A stretch of DNA of 16,921 nucleotides, taken from positions 1 to 16,921 of the forward strand of contig JBNPEG010000239.1 of NCBI GenBank assembly GCA_051117555.1, in the 5' to 3' direction. The notes under the pieces were generated by a model that was not told where the DNA came from, ran no database searches, and saw nothing but the letters and a program-made list of their open reading frames with translations. A program made the position numbers and the translations under genes. This DNA comes from Elainellaceae cyanobacterium (GTDB lineage: Bacteria > Cyanobacteriota > Cyanobacteriia > CAZCXK01). Positions 14,418-16,921 of the stretch are shown here, one piece after another (position 1 is the stretch's first letter; every line of letters starts with the position of its first letter).

Positions 14418-16763
14418 CTAGCAAGGTTCTGTAGCAGGATCGCACATGGTCGCGGGGTCTTCTCCCACGAATACCGGATCGATGGTGTAGTCATAGACCG
14501 TTTGTCCCGGCCTGATTTGCACTACAGTCACACGACCTGTGGCGGGCGCGAGCGTGACTTGCACCCATTCATTGCTGCCAATATACAGGTTTTGCCCTGG
14601 TACTTGAGTTAGCGCACCCCGGAAATAAAACGTCTCTGGCTCAGAAATTTCAACGCGAATGGTGTTGAAGTCTAAAAGAGTTGTATAGGTCGTTATCCCT
14701 GATGTTGTCGTATTTGTAGAGGTCAGCAGTGTCGTTGGTTCTTCGGGTTCTAGTTCTGGTTCAGGGATTGGAGTGGGCAATACTGCATCGAGCAGCACAA
14801 AGTCTGGCTGAACGTCGGGTACACAGCTTGTATCAATGGGTTCAGTGGGTTGGTTGACAAACGCAACCCCCACATCTCTTGCACATTGAGACCAAAGAAT
14901 GACACCATGACCAGAATTGGGAAACTCAACAATCGTGCCACTGGTTAACCCTTCAACCATGAGCGATGCCATGAAAGTGGGGGTCTGAGAGTCATAGCGC
15001 CCTTGCAGGACTAGCGTGGGAATATCGCTTTCGAGCACCTGATGGTCACTGGGGTCACCCGGCTCAACCGGCCATTGACTGCAAATGCCATAGGCGAGGC
15101 CAGCGGCGTTAAGTTTGCCGTCACCAAGGACTGGAATGTCCATGCTGTTGTAAGTTGCAAGCGTTTCTTCAGTGGTGCTAAACGCAACTTGCTCACGACA
15201 GTCTAGACTGCGAAACATGCCAGCCGTAGTACCACTATCCAAGCCAGGATAAACTTCGTCAGCCACATCTGAGAGCACCTCGTAGACATGACGAACCTCA
15301 ATCTCAGACATCCGTTGTAACTCTGCTCGTAAGGACTGCCCAGCTTCTTCAGGAAAGATTTCATCCACGTAGGTGAGGAGAGTGGTGCGATCGCGCGGCA
15401 ATCCAGGCTGATACCCCACCCCAATTAAATTATCCAATGCCCGAGGTTGTTCTGACTCTGGCAGAGCTTCAACCTGCTGCTTGACCTGTCGCACCCATTG
15501 ACTGGAGGGTCGTTGCGTCTGAGCCAGCGCTGCTTCTGCACGAAGAATGTCGTCGGCGTCGGCTCGTAAGTCTTCGGCTCGTAAAATGATTTCTCTGACT
15601 GTGCCCACCTCGATGGGTTCGGGGGCAGGTTCAGTAAAAATCGTCCCGGTGGTGATGCCTTCGAAAGTTGTGGTAATGCCTTGCTCTAGCTCATGGATCA
15701 GACGCGGCAGATAGGGAGAAAGCCTGGGATCGGTGTTCAACTGTTCGACGAATGAGACCAGGTTTTCTGGAGTAATCGTAATTTCATCAACTTGGTCAGG
15801 ACTGAATGGATCAACCGTTGTCACCGAAAGTGGAGTTTGAGCCAAGCTTTCAAACAGCGTAATGGTGCGCTCTTGTAAATTGGGATAAGCTGCATTGCAG
15901 GCTACATTTGCCTCACAGTCGTCAATCAGGTTAAACAGCACGACTTCTAAATATCTGGGAACATCCTCATATTTGTCATTTTGAGGCGGCACGGTCGAAT
16001 CAAGCACCACGCTGCGAAGGCGCTCTGGATAGTCGCGCATGACTTGACTCGCGAGATAGGTGCCATAGGAAATCCCGTATAGGTTGACATCGTCGTATCC
16101 CAAGGCAGTAAACAGGTTGACCGTATCGCGCGCGTTATTCGGTGTGTTGTATTGGCTGAGGTCAGCCCCGTGGAGTTCTAAGAGCTGGGCACAGATACTG
16201 TAATAAGCTGTCGCCTGCTCGTTCGTTAAGGGTTCATCATCATCGAGACCGCTAATAAACTGCTCAAACCGATCGCTCAATTCATCACCTAGATTCGGAT
16301 CTTCCAGCAAATCATCTAGCGCAATGACGGCAGGAGCACAGCCTAAGCGAGATGAAAATTTTGTCCCCCGCTGATCAAACACAACAACGTCGCGCGTTTG
16401 GCGTAGCGGTTCATAGATCACACTACGCGTTTCTAGCGCGTCAATCGTGCTGCCTCCAGGGCCACCGCGCAAATCAATAACGGGATTGGCTAAAGGGGAA
16501 AGGCTGCGGCTATGGAGAACGGCATAGGTAATCTCAACTTGGCGTCCATCGGGTTCATCGTAATTTTCTGGCACGGTGAGATAGCCGCAGGTGATGGTTT
16601 CGCCCTCAACTTCGCCGAGAGGGAGTGCCACCGGACAAGGGATTTCGGTGGTGGGGTAAATCGTTTCAGAGTCGGTTGATTGGGCAACAGCACGGGCTTG
16701 AGTGGATAAGCAGGCAGCAACTGCCAGCAGAACACCAGAGAGATTGCGACGGGTCAGTTTCAT
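14418..16763 (-). CDS. Secreted alpha/beta hydrolase, tripeptidyl aminopeptidase (TAP)-like, with helical insert and extra C-terminal domain
   Basis: CGYLTVPENY, GGPGGS oxyanion motif, DQRG, nucleophile GISYG, GRYDSQTP (Asp), NSGHG (His). Signal peptide MKLTRRNL...AVA/Q supports a start at 16763 rather than 16886. Confidence 0.9.
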   Translation of the reverse strand: MKLTRRNLSGVLLAVAACLSTQARAVAQSTDSETIYPTTEIPCPVALPLGEVEGETITCGYLTVPENYDEPDGRQVEITYAVLHSRSLSPLANPVIDLRGGPGGSTIDALETRSVIYEPLRQTRDVVVFDQRGTKFSSRLGCAPAVIALDDLLEDPNLGDELSDRFEQFISGLDDDEPLTNEQATAYYSICAQLLELHGADLSQYNTPNNARDTVNLFTALGYDDVNLYGISYGTYLASQVMRDYPERLRSVVLDSTVPPQNDKYEDVPRYLEVVLFNLIDDCEANVACNAAYPNLQERTITLFESLAQTPLSVTTVDPFSPDQVDEITITPENLVSFVEQLNTDPRLSPYLPRLIHELEQGITTTFEGITTGTIFTEPAPEPIEVGTVREIILRAEDLRADADDILRAEAALAQTQRPSSQWVRQVKQQVEALPESEQPRALDNLIGVGYQPGLPRDRTTLLTYVDEIFPEEAGQSLRAELQRMSEIEVRHVYEVLSDVADEVYPGLDSGTTAGMFRSLDCREQVAFSTTEETLATYNSMDIPVLGDGKLNAAGLAYGICSQWPVEPGDPSDHQVLESDIPTLVLQGRYDSQTPTFMASLMVEGLTSGTIVEFPNSGHGVILWSQCARDVGVAFVNQPTEPIDTSCVPDVQPDFVLLDAVLPTPIPEPELEPEEPTTLLTSTNTTTSGITTYTTLLDFNTIRVEISEPETFYFRGALTQVPGQNLYIGSNEWVQVTLAPATGRVTVVQIRPGQTVYDYTIDPVFVGEDPATMCDPATEPC

Positions 16764-16921
16764 GAGTGCACGGTGGGTAGAGCAGTGATTCATCATTAGG
16801 AGCTGTAAAGGAATAACTTTTACAACTTCTTTTGTGGCGAGATTGTGTAATTCCATTCTCCATGAAACATATGAGGGGTAACACAAACTGATGCTAATTC
16901 CGTGTCAGAGACTTTGACTTT

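Larger units (their letters stand above)
292..15394. repeat. HIP1 octamers (GCGATCGC), about 23 dispersed copies
   Basis: Seen at 292, 779, 1334, 2264, 3739, 3832, 5266, 5346, 5596, 6026, 6054, 7445, 7733, 7826, 8505, 9235, 9445, 10341, 10630, 11737, 13586, 14332, 15387. Fewer than 1 is expected by chance. Confidence 0.95.

Noticed and set aside
12042..15424. Many 60-150 aa ORFs overlapping the GH13, lipoprotein and hydrolase genes
   Set aside because: Alternate-frame or antisense shadows of well-supported CDSs.

Overview
Cyanobacterial chromosomal DNA: about 23 HIP1 octamers (GCGATCGC) counted by eye. Left to right: a cluster of short palindromic dispersed repeats (some nested) and an unannotated relic of an antitoxin/Doc-toxin pair cut by a MITE-like element; endonuclease VIII (nei); an SPFH/stomatin protein; a membrane Ser/Thr kinase with 7 WD40 repeats, divergent from a DUF4129-DUF4350-MoxR-DUF58 operon; a cluster of small, probably stress-related genes (acidic hypothetical protein, YbhB/YbcL, a monothiol WCGPS thioredoxin, pentapeptide-repeat protein, small membrane protein, GH13 alpha-glucosidase) whose intergenic regions share a TCAGAC-containing 16-bp dyad; and an unusually long secreted TAP-like alpha/beta hydrolase followed by a lipoprotein. 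No tRNA, rRNA, CRISPR array or transposase was seen. Family calls come from recognised motifs, not database searches.
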